From: an uncultured virus (IMG/VR IMGVR_UViG_3300046694_000616)
Lineage: Duplodnaviria > Heunggongvirae > Uroviricota > Caudoviricetes
Reading direction: 5' to 3' (one strand)
DNA length: 57,286 nucleotides
IMG/VR virus record: IMGVR_UViG_3300046694_000616
The notes under the pieces were generated by a model. That model searched no databases. It saw nothing but the letters and a program-made list of their open reading frames with translations, and was not told where the DNA came from. Below, piece by piece: positions 28,824-38,535 of the stretch. The position numbers were made by a program, and so were the translations under genes. Within the stretch, counting starts at the first letter, position 1, and every line of letters begins with the position of its first letter.

Positions 28824-29795
28824 ATGAGTTCACTGGCTATCGGGTCGTCGATGACCCTCTTCGATGTTGCAGAAGTTGAGAAGGCTATGGCGGAGCTGGG
28901 TGACGGCCCGCAGGCCTCGGCCGATTCACTGCGCCGCGTCTACAAAAAGATGCTCACGCGCGGTCCCGACCGCTTCGTCACCAAGCCGGCCAGCGCCGCG
29001 CCGCTCTCGCAGGTTATGGAAGCCTGTCCGAACTTCCGAGGCGTACTGGACGACCTCAGCAATCACATCGAGCTGGCCGCGGTGAACAAGCGCGGGCTCA
29101 AGCTGATTCCTATCGTCCTCGCCGGAGACCCGGGAGTCGGAAAGACGCATTTCGCGAAGCAGCTCGCCGGCGCGCTGGGTCTCTCCTTCCAGTTTCTCTC
29201 GATGGGCACCATGAGCGCGGGCTGGGTTCTGGGCGGCTCCGCACCAACCTGGCAGGGCGCGCGCCACGGCAAGATTGCAGCCTCGCTCATCGAAGGTGAA
29301 TTCGGCAATCCCCTCTACGTGCTCGACGAACTGGACAAGACGGGCGGGGACACGCGCTACGACCCGTACGGCGCGCTGCTGCAGTTGCTCGAGCGCGATA
29401 CCGCGCAGCACTTCAAGGACGAGTATCTGGATGTCGCCATGGACGCGTCGGCCATCGTCTGGGTGGCAACGGCCAACGACCCGTCGCTGATTCCGCAGTA
29501 CATCCTTTCGCGCATGACCGTCTACGACGTGCCCGCGCCCACTGAGGATGAGGCGTTCTTCATCGCGCAGCGCATCTACGACAGTCTGCGGGCGGACCTC
29601 GACTGGGCGTTCGAGCCTGACCTGCCGGCCGAGCTTCACGACCTGTTCTCGGAAATCGCACCGCGCGACATGCGCAAAAAGCTGACCGACGCGATGGCGA
29701 GCGCCGTGCACGCGAAACGCACCCGCTTGCGGCCGGACGACATCAGGGCGACGCACGCGAAGCAGGCGCGCAGCATCGGATTCATGAGCGCCTGA
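28824..29795 (+). CDS. AAA+ ATPase (Lon-type ATPase domain, no protease domain)
   Basis: GDPGVGKT Walker A, LDELDK Walker B, DPYGALLQLLE..FKDEY, ATAN, ILSRM. Confidence 0.85.
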   Translation: MSSLAIGSSMTLFDVAEVEKAMAELGDGPQASADSLRRVYKKMLTRGPDRFVTKPASAAPLSQVMEACPNFRGVLDDLSNHIELAAVNKRGLKLIPIVLAGDPGVGKTHFAKQLAGALGLSFQFLSMGTMSAGWVLGGSAPTWQGARHGKIAASLIEGEFGNPLYVLDELDKTGGDTRYDPYGALLQLLERDTAQHFKDEYLDVAMDASAIVWVATANDPSLIPQYILSRMTVYDVPAPTEDEAFFIAQRIYDSLRADLDWAFEPDLPAELHDLFSEIAPRDMRKKLTDAMASAVHAKRTRLRPDDIRATHAKQARSIGFMSA

Positions 29796-29864
29796 CCGAG
29801 CCGCCTAGGCGTGACGAGGTCGCCTGGCTACAATCTCCGGAGGTCCAAACTTCGGAGTTGCGTC

Positions 29865-30530
29865 GTGGAAAAGAAAATCATTGTCGATTCGCGGGAAAGT
29901 CGCAGCGGCCTCAGTGAGCTGCTGCGCTCGCGCGGCATCACGGTTCAGAGCGAAGAACTCGAGTGCGGTGATTACATCCTCGCTGACGGTCTGGTCGTCG
30001 AGCGCAAAACCGCAACCGACTTCGTCACTTCGATTCTCGACAAGCGGATTTTCAGCCAGATTGAAATCTGCAAGCGGACCTACGCCAAAGTCGTCGTAGT
30101 CGTTGAGGGGAACCCGTATAAGACCCGGTCGGCCATCGCCCCGGCCGCCATTACGGGCGCGCTTTCGTGGCTGGTAGTCCTCGAATCGGTTTCGGTGATT
30201 CGAACCGAGAATGTTGAGGAGACCGCCGCCGCGCTGGAGGTCATGCAAAAACACGCGGTGAGCGGCCTTGGGTATGAGATTGCACTGCAGGGTGCCAAGC
30301 CGAAAGACCGATTCCCGCAGGCTCAGTTGCTCGTGGAATCCCTGCCGGGCATCGGGCCGGGCGCGGCCAAGCGGCTGCTCGCGCACTTCGGCTCGGCTGG
30401 CGCTGTGCTGAGCGCCACTCCGGAGGAGCTCAAAAAGGTGCAGGGCATGGGCCCAAAGACCATCGCCTCAATCCGCGAAGTCATCGAATTTGACACGCGG
30501 CCGCATCTCGCGAAGATAGGTGAGCTCTGA
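29865..30530 (+). CDS. ERCC4/XPF-family nuclease with HhH domain
   Basis: VDSRE, GDY, VERKT..DF motifs; LPGIGP and VQGMGP HhH pair. Confidence 0.88.
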   Translation: MEKKIIVDSRESRSGLSELLRSRGITVQSEELECGDYILADGLVVERKTATDFVTSILDKRIFSQIEICKRTYAKVVVVVEGNPYKTRSAIAPAAITGALSWLVVLESVSVIRTENVEETAAALEVMQKHAVSGLGYEIALQGAKPKDRFPQAQLLVESLPGIGPGAAKRLLAHFGSAGAVLSATPEELKKVQGMGPKTIASIREVIEFDTRPHLAKIGEL

Positions 30531-30635
30531 CTCAGTGGTAATTCGTGGCATTTAATGTTATACTCTACTCATGAAACCTAAAACTTCATCCGTGCAGGAG
30601 GGCTTTCCCTAGTGACCATTCACTAGGAGGCTCAA

Positions 30636-31208
30636 TTGCATCAAATCGCAGAGTATCAAACGTCCGTCACCCTGTTTCACCGTGACGGCGAAGTCTGGGT
30701 CTACCGGACGCTGAAAGAAGCGCTCAAGGCGCTGGGTTCGAGCTGGATTGCTGCCAACGTCGGCGCGCATTTCCGCGTTTTCGACCACGCCGCGCGTCAC
30801 TTCGACCAGGTTCGTAACGCCTGGGTGCGCGAGCCCATTTACGTCGAACGCGCATTCATCATGCGCGACGATGCAGGTGGCGTCGTAACCGCAGCTGATT
30901 TCCAGCCTCTCATCCAGCGTCGTCGCTGGCGCGGCTGGCATCGCTGGGGCCGCATGCTCGAAACCTGGAACGGAGAAGGACCGGTTCCGGGTGTGCGTTG
31001 CCGACGCGGTGGTCGTCACTGGTATCGTCGTCCGCACAGCATGATGGAGCGCCGTCAGGCGGCCTACGTGGCGAAGGAAGAGGGCGAAGTAGCGCCGCGC
31101 GGCAAGCGCAGCCTCAAGCACCTGCCCAACGCCTGGGACGACTACTGCGTGGCGGCGCGCGACGACCGCGGCTGGAAGCGTCACCGTCGCACCCAGTACC
31201 ACAGCTGA
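30636..31208 (+). CDS. Hypothetical Arg-rich protein (phage-type LPNAWDD motif)
   Basis: AGGAGG RBS before TTG; terminator 31211-31250. Confidence 0.7.
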   Translation: MHQIAEYQTSVTLFHRDGEVWVYRTLKEALKALGSSWIAANVGAHFRVFDHAARHFDQVRNAWVREPIYVERAFIMRDDAGGVVTAADFQPLIQRRRWRGWHRWGRMLETWNGEGPVPGVRCRRGGRHWYRRPHSMMERRQAAYVAKEEGEVAPRGKRSLKHLPNAWDDYCVAARDDRGWKRHRRTQYHS

Positions 31209-31325
31209 ACAAAAAGGCTGGCAAGAATTCCTTGCCAGCCTTTTTCTTTTCGCGGTCACGAAATCGCTTTGATTTATTGTATGTTTCTTGGTATACTACA
31301 CAATAAATCATAACTCTTTCCTGTC

Positions 31326-31523
31326 ATGTCCGACGTCAAAGAAACACCTATCGTCGAAAACGGGCACAAGTTCGTCACGGGCGCGGCCGTTGGCTTTCAG
31401 CCGCGAAGCTCGCTCTACGACAAGCACGTGTGCCTCGACTGCGGCATCGTGCGCCGGCTGGACGGGAAGAATGGCCAATGCAAGGGCCTGGTGCGCGTCA
31501 CGACGCGCGGCGGCGCCCGATAA
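31326..31523 (+). CDS. Small Cys/His hypothetical protein
   Basis: H..CLDCG..C motif; -10 TATACT upstream. Confidence 0.55.
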   Translation: MSDVKETPIVENGHKFVTGAAVGFQPRSSLYDKHVCLDCGIVRRLDGKNGQCKGLVRVTTRGGAR

Positions 31524-31532
31524 GGACAATTC

Positions 31533-32051
31533 ATGACTGTCGTACCCGCTGAACCGATTCAGAAACCACTCATCACGCCGCTGCGCGCGTATCTGCTCGT
31601 CACCATTCTCCTGGTCCTTCTTGTCACGGCGCCGTTCACAGTCGGCGTAGGTGTCGCTCATGTGTGCGACGCGCTTGCGCGCTTTGACCACGCGGTGGGT
31701 GCCTGGGCCGAAGGTTCGCCGCTCACGAGCTGGCTAGTGGACGCCGCGGTCGGGTTCTTCGGTATGAGCTATGTGGGCGTACTCGCGATGAACGACGACG
31801 CAGTGTTCAGGACGGTGCGACGCGGTACGGCGGCCGTTATCGGCGTTATCGTGTTTTGCGTCGTGCTCGAGTACCTGTTCATCCATCTGCCCTCAATGGA
31901 CGCCCTGTACGCCGCTTTCGGCGCGGCGGGTGGCACGCCTGCGTGGCTCAACGGTATCTCGACGTTCATCGTTGTCGCATGTGCGAATGCATTGCATGTT
32001 TCGGTCGTCATGACCATCCTGGTAGCGTTTGCAGCTGCTGACTTCAGCTGA
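31533..32051 (+). CDS. Integral membrane protein (about 4 TM)
   Basis: Four hydrophobic segments; AAGGA RBS. Confidence 0.7.
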   Translation: MTVVPAEPIQKPLITPLRAYLLVTILLVLLVTAPFTVGVGVAHVCDALARFDHAVGAWAEGSPLTSWLVDAAVGFFGMSYVGVLAMNDDAVFRTVRRGTAAVIGVIVFCVVLEYLFIHLPSMDALYAAFGAAGGTPAWLNGISTFIVVACANALHVSVVMTILVAFAAADFS

Positions 32052-32063
32052 TTGGGAGTCTTG

Positions 32064-32609
32064 ATGCCCTGGCTGTCACCCATCCCGTTTGCGCTCGTGC
32101 CGACCACGGATAGCGAGTCGTTTGCCGCGATGCAGGAAGGGGAAACGGGCTTGCCGCTCGCGCCACATCCGGGTGCGTTCGGCGTCCAGCGCAAGTTCCA
32201 CACGCACGAAGGCGTCGACCTGTACCTCCCCGAGGGCACAGTGGTTTTCGCAGTGGAGCCGGGCAGGGTGGTGGCGGTCAAGCCATTCACCGGCCCTCAC
32301 GCGGGTCCTACGCTCGCTCACTGGCTGGACACCTGGGCGGTCTTTATAGAAGGCCCGTCGGGCGTCGTGGTTTACGGCGAAATCACGCCGTTCTGCGAAG
32401 TCGGCGCGCAGGTCGAAGCGGGCATGCCGGTTGGCAGTGTTATCCCCGTGCTGCGCAAGGACAAGGGCCGGCCGCGCGCGATGCTCCACCTCGAGCTGCG
32501 CGAAGCGGGCAACACCGCCGACATTGAGTGGCTGGACAAGGACCAGCCCCCGGCTGGTTTGCTTGACCCCACGCCTTTTCTCCAGGGCTGCATCGCCCTC
32601 AAACCCTAG
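32064..32609 (+). CDS. M23 family metallopeptidase
   Basis: HEGVDL and HLELR motifs, VFAVEPGRV, DPTPFL. Confidence 0.8.
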   Translation: MPWLSPIPFALVPTTDSESFAAMQEGETGLPLAPHPGAFGVQRKFHTHEGVDLYLPEGTVVFAVEPGRVVAVKPFTGPHAGPTLAHWLDTWAVFIEGPSGVVVYGEITPFCEVGAQVEAGMPVGSVIPVLRKDKGRPRAMLHLELREAGNTADIEWLDKDQPPAGLLDPTPFLQGCIALKP

Positions 32610-32662
32610 CGCGCCCTATACGGCAGTAGGCACTTTTAATTCAACCTACTGACGAGGAAAAC

Positions 32663-33031
32663 ATGAAGACACGTCACACCGAGGGTCCCTGGAACGTATT
32701 CATTGCCGATGACGGCGGGCAGTGGACAGGCTGGCCGCTGTCCATCACGGCCGACGACGAAGTGGACAAGACGGTTGTCCGACCGGGCGGCTTCTATCCC
32801 TACACCTGGGATGCGTCCATGAGCCAGACGGAAGCTGTGGCGAACGCGCACCTGATGTCGGCTTCGCCCAATATGCTGGACGCGCTGCGTGCGGCACTGC
32901 CGGCTCTGGAAGCGGCAGCCGCGACCGGAACCCCGGCCGCGTGTGATGCACTCGAATCGGCGCTCGCTGCTATCGAGAAGGCAACCCAGAAGAAACGCAA
33001 CCCGGCGGAGCGTTGCCATGGATTTGCGTGA
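32663..33031 (+). CDS. Hypothetical phage-type protein
   Basis: HTEGPW...ANAHLMSASPNMLDAL motif; GAGGA RBS. Confidence 0.7.
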   Translation: MKTRHTEGPWNVFIADDGGQWTGWPLSITADDEVDKTVVRPGGFYPYTWDASMSQTEAVANAHLMSASPNMLDALRAALPALEAAAATGTPAACDALESALAAIEKATQKKRNPAERCHGFA

Positions 33032-33332
33032 CATCTGGGAACAGGAGCTGTTGTTCGACTTCAGCCGTCTGCTCGAACGGCAGGACCTGAAGCTGACCGC
33101 CGACCACACCGACTACGTCTGCGTCGATGGTGAGGAAGGCGACTTCGGCACCATCCGTTACAAGGATGCGACCGGCGCGGTTGTCGCGGTGAAGACCGTT
33201 GAAGGTGGCGATGTCGACAGCCTCGAGCTGACGGACTACGGCAAACCCATCGTTGCGGCGGCACTGATGTCGATGTTCAGGGACACGCTTTCCAGGAAAC
33301 TGAACGTGAGCGGCGGCGCGTTGCTGTCGTAA
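33018..33332 (+). CDS. Hypothetical protein
   Basis: GGAG RBS, terminator 33351-33378. Confidence 0.65.
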   Translation: MDLRDIWEQELLFDFSRLLERQDLKLTADHTDYVCVDGEEGDFGTIRYKDATGAVVAVKTVEGGDVDSLELTDYGKPIVAAALMSMFRDTLSRKLNVSGGALLS

Positions 33333-33428
33333 TCCAGCCGTTTTTCACTCAAGCCCCGCGCGCATGCCGGGGCTTTTTCACGTCCGGTGGGCTATACGCC
33401 AGTAGGCCACACTTCATAGGAGATAACC

Positions 33429-34601
33429 GTGCCCAATCTGAACGATTACCTGTCCCTCGCAGACCTGCAGCCTTTTTTCGACAACGCGCGCGGAGGCGAC
33501 AACGTCACCGAAGCATGGCGAACGCAGTATTTCAAGGACCTGGACGTCATCGTGGTCCCGGCGCTGGTGTCCTTCTTCCGGGCGCTGAAGGCTGAAGACC
33601 GCATCATGGCTATCCCCAACAGCGAAGGCTATGTCACGCGAAACTGGAGCATCTGGAACGACGTCGCACGGCTGTCGCATGAAGCAGCTGCGGGCGAAGC
33701 CTCGAACGAAAAGCTGGCGCGGCTGGCCAAACTTTTCGCGCACACGCTGACGCACCGAATCGTCTGGCCGTATGAGCGCACGCTGAAAGACGAAGGTGCT
33801 GATGCCGCGGCTGCGCTGGACAAGAGCGTGGCATTCGACCAGTACGTCGGCGAATTCAGTCAGGGCTGTTTCATTTCGTCCGGGCTGGAGCACGAGACTT
33901 GCCAGAACAGCGGCTTGCCGGTGTCGCTCCGCTTCAAGGACTGGAAAGCCGAAGGCTTTCGCATCGACTCCAAACGCGGCGGTCTTTACCCGATTGAGCC
34001 AATGTCGGCACCGACCCTGCAGGAGACTGTGCTGGAACTGAAGACCGGTCAGTTGCTCGTGTCGGACTGGTTCCGCATCAAGGCATTCACGGAGGCCACG
34101 AAGGAAAAGCATATCTCGCTTGAGTCCCGTCAAGGGGTCATCGACAGCGCGCGCCATCTCGCCGAGCAGTTTGGCGTAATCAGCGTGTTTGTCAGCAATT
34201 CGAGCCCGGGCGTCTATCAGGACGGCAACCAGGTCATCGTCGGCCAGCATTACGAAGACGACGCGGATGAGGAGGTCGCAGCCCGTCTGACCAAGATTTG
34301 CAAGGTCTGTACGGACCTGTGGGCCGCCTCGTTTGTCGAGTACGAGAAACTCGTCGAACTGGTCGGTCGCACGTTTCCGGACACGGCGAAGGAAGTGGTC
34401 GACGAGTACCTGAAGGAACCTGTTGTCAGCAGGCATACGCACCGGCTCACGGTTGAGCCCGGCACGTATTACCTCTATCACTGCGGCGAGCCCGAGGAGT
34501 TTCCGGAGCTGGCCGCGCGCGCCGGCCTCAAGCTTGATACGGGTGGGCTGATTCCTTACTTTGTGCTCTCGCGTACCCGGTTAATGCAACCTGACGCATA
34601 A
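33429..34601 (+). CDS. Hypothetical protein
   Basis: 390-aa ORF, AGGAGA RBS, terminator after stop. Confidence 0.8.
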   Translation: MPNLNDYLSLADLQPFFDNARGGDNVTEAWRTQYFKDLDVIVVPALVSFFRALKAEDRIMAIPNSEGYVTRNWSIWNDVARLSHEAAAGEASNEKLARLAKLFAHTLTHRIVWPYERTLKDEGADAAAALDKSVAFDQYVGEFSQGCFISSGLEHETCQNSGLPVSLRFKDWKAEGFRIDSKRGGLYPIEPMSAPTLQETVLELKTGQLLVSDWFRIKAFTEATKEKHISLESRQGVIDSARHLAEQFGVISVFVSNSSPGVYQDGNQVIVGQHYEDDADEEVAARLTKICKVCTDLWAASFVEYEKLVELVGRTFPDTAKEVVDEYLKEPVVSRHTHRLTVEPGTYYLYHCGEPEEFPELAARAGLKLDTGGLIPYFVLSRTRLMQPDA

Positions 34602-34738
34602 GTGCAGTTCTCTCAAAAGAGCCTTTTTAAGGCTCTTTTTTCATTTATATGCACAAACACTGCCCCGGCGCGCCGCAGGTGCGGCTGTTCTTTTTCCTAT
34701 ACGGAGCAGGACAGAGACAACCTGAGGAGCCTACGGAA

Positions 34739-34996
34739 GTGAACACTATCCCCAAGAAGCCTGTATCGACGGCGGTAACGCCGGTTGGACCCGCGGTAAC
34801 ACCGGTCGGCCAAGCAGAGAACATGCGGAGCTTCTCGGACTTCCTGTCCGGTTATCTCCCGCCTGAACTGCGTGGCCTGAAGGCAGACCGTCGCGCCTCG
34901 CGCGCGCCGCAACAGCAGGAGCCGGCTACCCAGCCGCGTGCCCTGGCTGCCAATGAGCCTTACCGCCCTGGCGCACTAATCGACATCAAAGCATAA
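34739..34996 (+). CDS. Small Pro-rich hypothetical protein
   Basis: GAGGAG upstream, AVTPVG tandem duplication. Confidence 0.5.
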   Translation: MNTIPKKPVSTAVTPVGPAVTPVGQAENMRSFSDFLSGYLPPELRGLKADRRASRAPQQQEPATQPRALAANEPYRPGALIDIKA

Positions 34997-35008
34997 GGAG
35001 AAGGGACG

Positions 35009-35590
35009 ATGAACTGTTCGAAATCGACGTGTGAGATGTATCGGGTTCGTGCCAACGGCGAGTATGCAACCGTATGCCTGAGCGTCTGGTCGCGGGAGAC
35101 CGTGGTCCAGCCGTCACAGCAGGTCTACGGCGGCGAGATTCTCGTGCATTCGAGCTTCGGCACGTTCTGCCACACGTGGAATCACTGCGCGGTCCCGTTC
35201 AAGCAGTTTCTGCTGGGCATCTCCTTCGAGAGCTTCATGATGAAGTGTCTCGGAGAGGAGTTCGAGAACTTTGACGGGCTTGCGTCGGTGGCCAGCGTGA
35301 AGACCGCTATCCTGGAATCGCGTCGCGAAGAAGGCCTGTCGGCTGACGACGCGCGCAATCTGTGGGATGAACTCGACCTCGTCAGCGACGAAGCACAGAG
35401 CTGCGAGTACGCGTTCCATCATGTGCTCAGTGACCTCTGCACCGAAGAATCCGTCGGCGCAAGCACGGAATTCGTGGTGACGACGCCGAGTAACCAGGCA
35501 AAGGGCTTCTGGCGAGAGTTGTGGCCGCATTTCCGGGCCATGCTCGAGGCTGAGGTCAATTCTGACCAGCCCGCGGCTCATGCTGCGTAA
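35009..35590 (+). CDS. Hypothetical protein
   Basis: AAGGAG RBS, 193 aa. Confidence 0.75.
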   Translation: MNCSKSTCEMYRVRANGEYATVCLSVWSRETVVQPSQQVYGGEILVHSSFGTFCHTWNHCAVPFKQFLLGISFESFMMKCLGEEFENFDGLASVASVKTAILESRREEGLSADDARNLWDELDLVSDEAQSCEYAFHHVLSDLCTEESVGASTEFVVTTPSNQAKGFWRELWPHFRAMLEAEVNSDQPAAHAA

Positions 35591-35738
35591 GCGAAGTTCA
35601 ATCGACGTCTGACGCAATCTCCCGCCCCGACTTTGTTCGGGGTTTTTTTCATGCGCTCACAAGCGCAGCAGAATATAGCTATCACCGAAAAATGGCGACG
35701 ACATAACGTCTTCGCCATTTGCGAACGTTGGCCGAAGG

Positions 35739-35948
35739 TTATTCTTCGGGCATGTTCAGCGCGATGTCTGCCGCGCTGAGCACCGCGCGCTCGGCGCGCT
35801 CGTATCCATTCTTGGCGTGCGCGAAGCTTTGTGCCGCCGTGTCCCGGTCGCCGCGGGCCTGAGCATCGCAGGCTCGCGCAAACGAACGGTCCGCGGTTTC
35901 AATCGACTGCTTGGTCACTTTCATGTAGGTGTCGAACGTCTTTGCCAT
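35739..35948 (-). CDS. Small hypothetical protein
   Basis: 69-aa helical ORF. Confidence 0.55.
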   Translation of the reverse strand: MAKTFDTYMKVTKQSIETADRSFARACDAQARGDRDTAAQSFAHAKNGYERAERAVLSAADIALNMPEE

Positions 35949-36042
35949 AGCTCGGGTCTCTCTCTGCGTTGTGGTTAGCGAATGCGATTCGTTGAAGCGC
36001 GCACCGATTGTCAGGCGAAAGAAATGCTCAAGTCAAGCCGGC

Positions 36043-36429
36043 CTACGCGCTCACCTCGCCGCGGTTCTCGCAGACCGATTCCTTGCCGTCCTCGAAGACG
36101 AAGACGTGCCATTCCGACCAGCTCGGCGCATTGACCACGCGCAGGCCCGGCCCCAGCTCCTCCCCCAGCTCTGCACGCGAAATGAGTGCCGGCAGCGTAC
36201 GCAGCTGTGGACTGAAAAGCGTGAGGAAGTGGAGAGCGCCGTTCCGCTCGACTGCCCAGTCGAACACATCCGTCAGGGTTCGTCCGCTGCCAGCCGGCGC
36301 CAGACCGTAGAACTCTTCTTTCGGCATGGGTTCACCGTTAAAAAGCTCCGGATTGGACTCCCAGAGCGCTTCGAGCACTGGACGATGTAGCCGGAATGCA
36401 TAACTTCCCGTGTTCAGCAGTACCTTCAT
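36043..36429 (-). CDS. Hypothetical protein
   Basis: Directly downstream of the PurA-like gene; start MKVLLNTG. Confidence 0.6.
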   Translation of the reverse strand: MKVLLNTGSYAFRLHRPVLEALWESNPELFNGEPMPKEEFYGLAPAGSGRTLTDVFDWAVERNGALHFLTLFSPQLRTLPALISRAELGEELGPGLRVVNAPSWSEWHVFVFEDGKESVCENRGEVSA

Positions 36430-36445
36430 CTCGTTTCCGTGTCCG

Positions 36446-37678
36446 TCATGCGGCGAATGCCATGCGGGTGATTTGTCGCGCACGCACCGTATCGCGCGTC
36501 GGTCCCCAAGAGCAGAACGCCACAGGCAGGATACGGCTGCTGGCCATGGCGATGAGTTCGTCTGTCGTCACGCGGTGAAGCGTGTTTTCTAGTCGAACGC
36601 TTGCCGGTACGTCCCCGCCAATCTGGTCGAGACACGTGATAGCCAGGTGCGCATTGATGTGGATGTGCGTGCCGAACACGTCGGCCAGGTCCGTGCCGAT
36701 GGCCAGTGCAACCTGGTCGAGGTCCAGGTCAGCGAAGCGCAGCGTGCCCTGATACTCGTTCGGCTGGTTTGTGAGGTCAACCACACCTTCATACGGACGA
36801 CCTGGCAACTCGTGAGCGAGCGGACCTGCGCCATGCCGCGTCATGTACGCGCGCGTGACGTAGTTCACATTCAGCTTAGTTATGCCGGCTTCGCTCGCGA
36901 CATCGAGCGCGTTACGCAACCCGGTGTTCGAGCGGGTCACATACGGAAACGCGCCGTGATGCTGGTCGAGCATCAGGCCTTGCGCGCCTTCAAACACCAC
37001 ATTCTTCGCGAGGATGACGGGTTCTTCGGCGTCCGAAACCAGCGTGACATCGCCGAGGAATTCCTGTGCGGCAACGATGAACGCGTCCACGAGCACGTCC
37101 GTCGTGCACAGTTCGTGATGCTTGCCGAAATCCGGCAGTCCCAGTTCCTTGCAACGGGCGGGCAGGTGACTGTCGCGAATCTGCAGGAGTTTCGCGCGCA
37201 GCGCGGTGACGTCGAGCAGGTCACCTACGGTCAGCGCGAACATCTCGCCTTCCTGGCGCCCGATGGTCTCGCCGAAGCCCATGCCGCAGCTGCCATGCCG
37301 CTTGTCGCCGCGGGAATCTTCCACCAGCTGGTTGACCAGCATGTCGAAGAACGTCGACACCGGCGCGCGCGTGTCCACGTAAAGCGTCGGCAGCCTGCCA
37401 ATGAGCGGCAGGAGCTTCGCGCGTTCTTTTGCATAGAGCGCCGGATTGACTGCGAAGTGCCGCGACAGATATGTCCGGGCTCCCGCGAACGTGCCCGCAC
37501 CAAAGTGGCTGAATGCGTGGCGGCGGCCATCCGGCGTCGTGACCGTATGGCTCGCCTGGCATCCGCCGTTGAACCGCACCACGAGGCTGTTGTCGCTCTG
37601 CGCCGCGAAGTAGTCGGTCATGAGCCCTTTGCCTTCGTCCCCGTAGTTCGCCCCGATGACCACCTTTGCCGTGCGCAT
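36446..37678 (-). CDS. Divergent adenylosuccinate synthetase-like protein
   Basis: GANYGDEGKG, RFNGG..SHT, FEGAQGLMLD, FPYVTRSNT, TRHGAGP, TCLD, SWGP. Confidence 0.85.
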   Translation of the reverse strand: MRTAKVVIGANYGDEGKGLMTDYFAAQSDNSLVVRFNGGCQASHTVTTPDGRRHAFSHFGAGTFAGARTYLSRHFAVNPALYAKERAKLLPLIGRLPTLYVDTRAPVSTFFDMLVNQLVEDSRGDKRHGSCGMGFGETIGRQEGEMFALTVGDLLDVTALRAKLLQIRDSHLPARCKELGLPDFGKHHELCTTDVLVDAFIVAAQEFLGDVTLVSDAEEPVILAKNVVFEGAQGLMLDQHHGAFPYVTRSNTGLRNALDVASEAGITKLNVNYVTRAYMTRHGAGPLAHELPGRPYEGVVDLTNQPNEYQGTLRFADLDLDQVALAIGTDLADVFGTHIHINAHLAITCLDQIGGDVPASVRLENTLHRVTTDELIAMASSRILPVAFCSWGPTRDTVRARQITRMAFAA

Positions 37679-37688
37679 GCTCGCTCCT

Positions 37689-38015
37689 TCAGGCTTGTTG
37701 TGCGTGCGCTTGCGCGCCCGTCCGGCGCCCCAAAATCGGGCAGCCGAACTTCTTTTCGAAGAGCGCGTCCAGCTCCTTGAACTCCGGCATTTCCACCAGG
37801 TTCGCATTCACTTGCGCAAGCAAAGCCGGCCGGCCGTAGGGCAGGTCTGCGTGGAGCTCGAAGCAGAACCCTTCTACGGCCGTCGGATAGTCGTTGTAGG
37901 TCTCCGGGATGCCGTTCTCCAGCGCTCCCTTTACCGTACGAAGAAGCTTCTCCGCCCAAGGCTTCCATTCTTCAGCATCGCGCGCGCCGTCGACCGCTTG
38001 TGCATTCGTGTCCAT
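37689..38015 (-). CDS. Hypothetical protein
   Basis: GGAGAG RBS, in operon. Confidence 0.65.
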   Translation of the reverse strand: MDTNAQAVDGARDAEEWKPWAEKLLRTVKGALENGIPETYNDYPTAVEGFCFELHADLPYGRPALLAQVNANLVEMPEFKELDALFEKKFGCPILGRRTGAQAHAQQA

Positions 38016-38048
38016 CGCTCTCTCCAGTTCTCAGGTTTGTGTGGGTTC

Positions 38049-38519
38049 TTACGATGAGTGGGCGATGATGCCGACTTCCCAGAACGCCTTGGCGCCAAAG
38101 TCCTTCTTCAGCATTTCCACGAACGCGGCATGCGCCTTTTCTGCCTTCAGAAGCATTGCGTCGGCGTTGATGGCGGAAAGCTGAATGGGGGTGTACACGT
38201 CCTCTGAACCCCGTGCAAAGCTCATCCCGTGCTTACCGCGGTTCGGCAGCCAGATGCTGCCTTTCGGGTGTCGCTGGCCATACTCGGGGCAAGCCATGAC
38301 GTCCGTCCACCGACGGTCAAGCACATGGATGGGCAACGGCTTCACTTCTTCGACGGGTACGTCCTTGTCGACGACAGCGCCGCCGCAGTTCCCGCAGAAC
38401 TTCGCGGGCGCATTGACGGCTGGCGCATCACAATTGTTGGAACAGACCCGCTCGTGAGCGATGCGTTTCAGCTTCACTGGGGGCACGACCAAATAGGGGC
38501 CGACGTAAATAGTTGTCAC
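38049..38519 (-). CDS. Hypothetical zinc-ribbon protein
   Basis: CSNNC...FCGNCG; probable GTG start at 38519. Confidence 0.65.
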   Translation of the reverse strand: MTTIYVGPYLVVPPVKLKRIAHERVCSNNCDAPAVNAPAKFCGNCGGAVVDKDVPVEEVKPLPIHVLDRRWTDVMACPEYGQRHPKGSIWLPNRGKHGMSFARGSEDVYTPIQLSAINADAMLLKAEKAHAAFVEMLKKDFGAKAFWEVGIIAHSS

Positions 38520-38535
38520 AGCAAAATCCTTGGTT

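Noticed and set aside
34770..34810. AVTPVG tandem duplication
   Set aside because: Two-copy in-frame microduplication in a small ORF with no sign of a larger array
36446..37678. PurZ / Z-genome (2-aminoadenine) pathway with the MazG-like and dNMP kinase genes
   Set aside because: The enzyme keeps the PurA-type Asp in GDEGKG (PurZ has Ser), lacks the aspartate-binding loop, and no DatZ-like HD protein is visible
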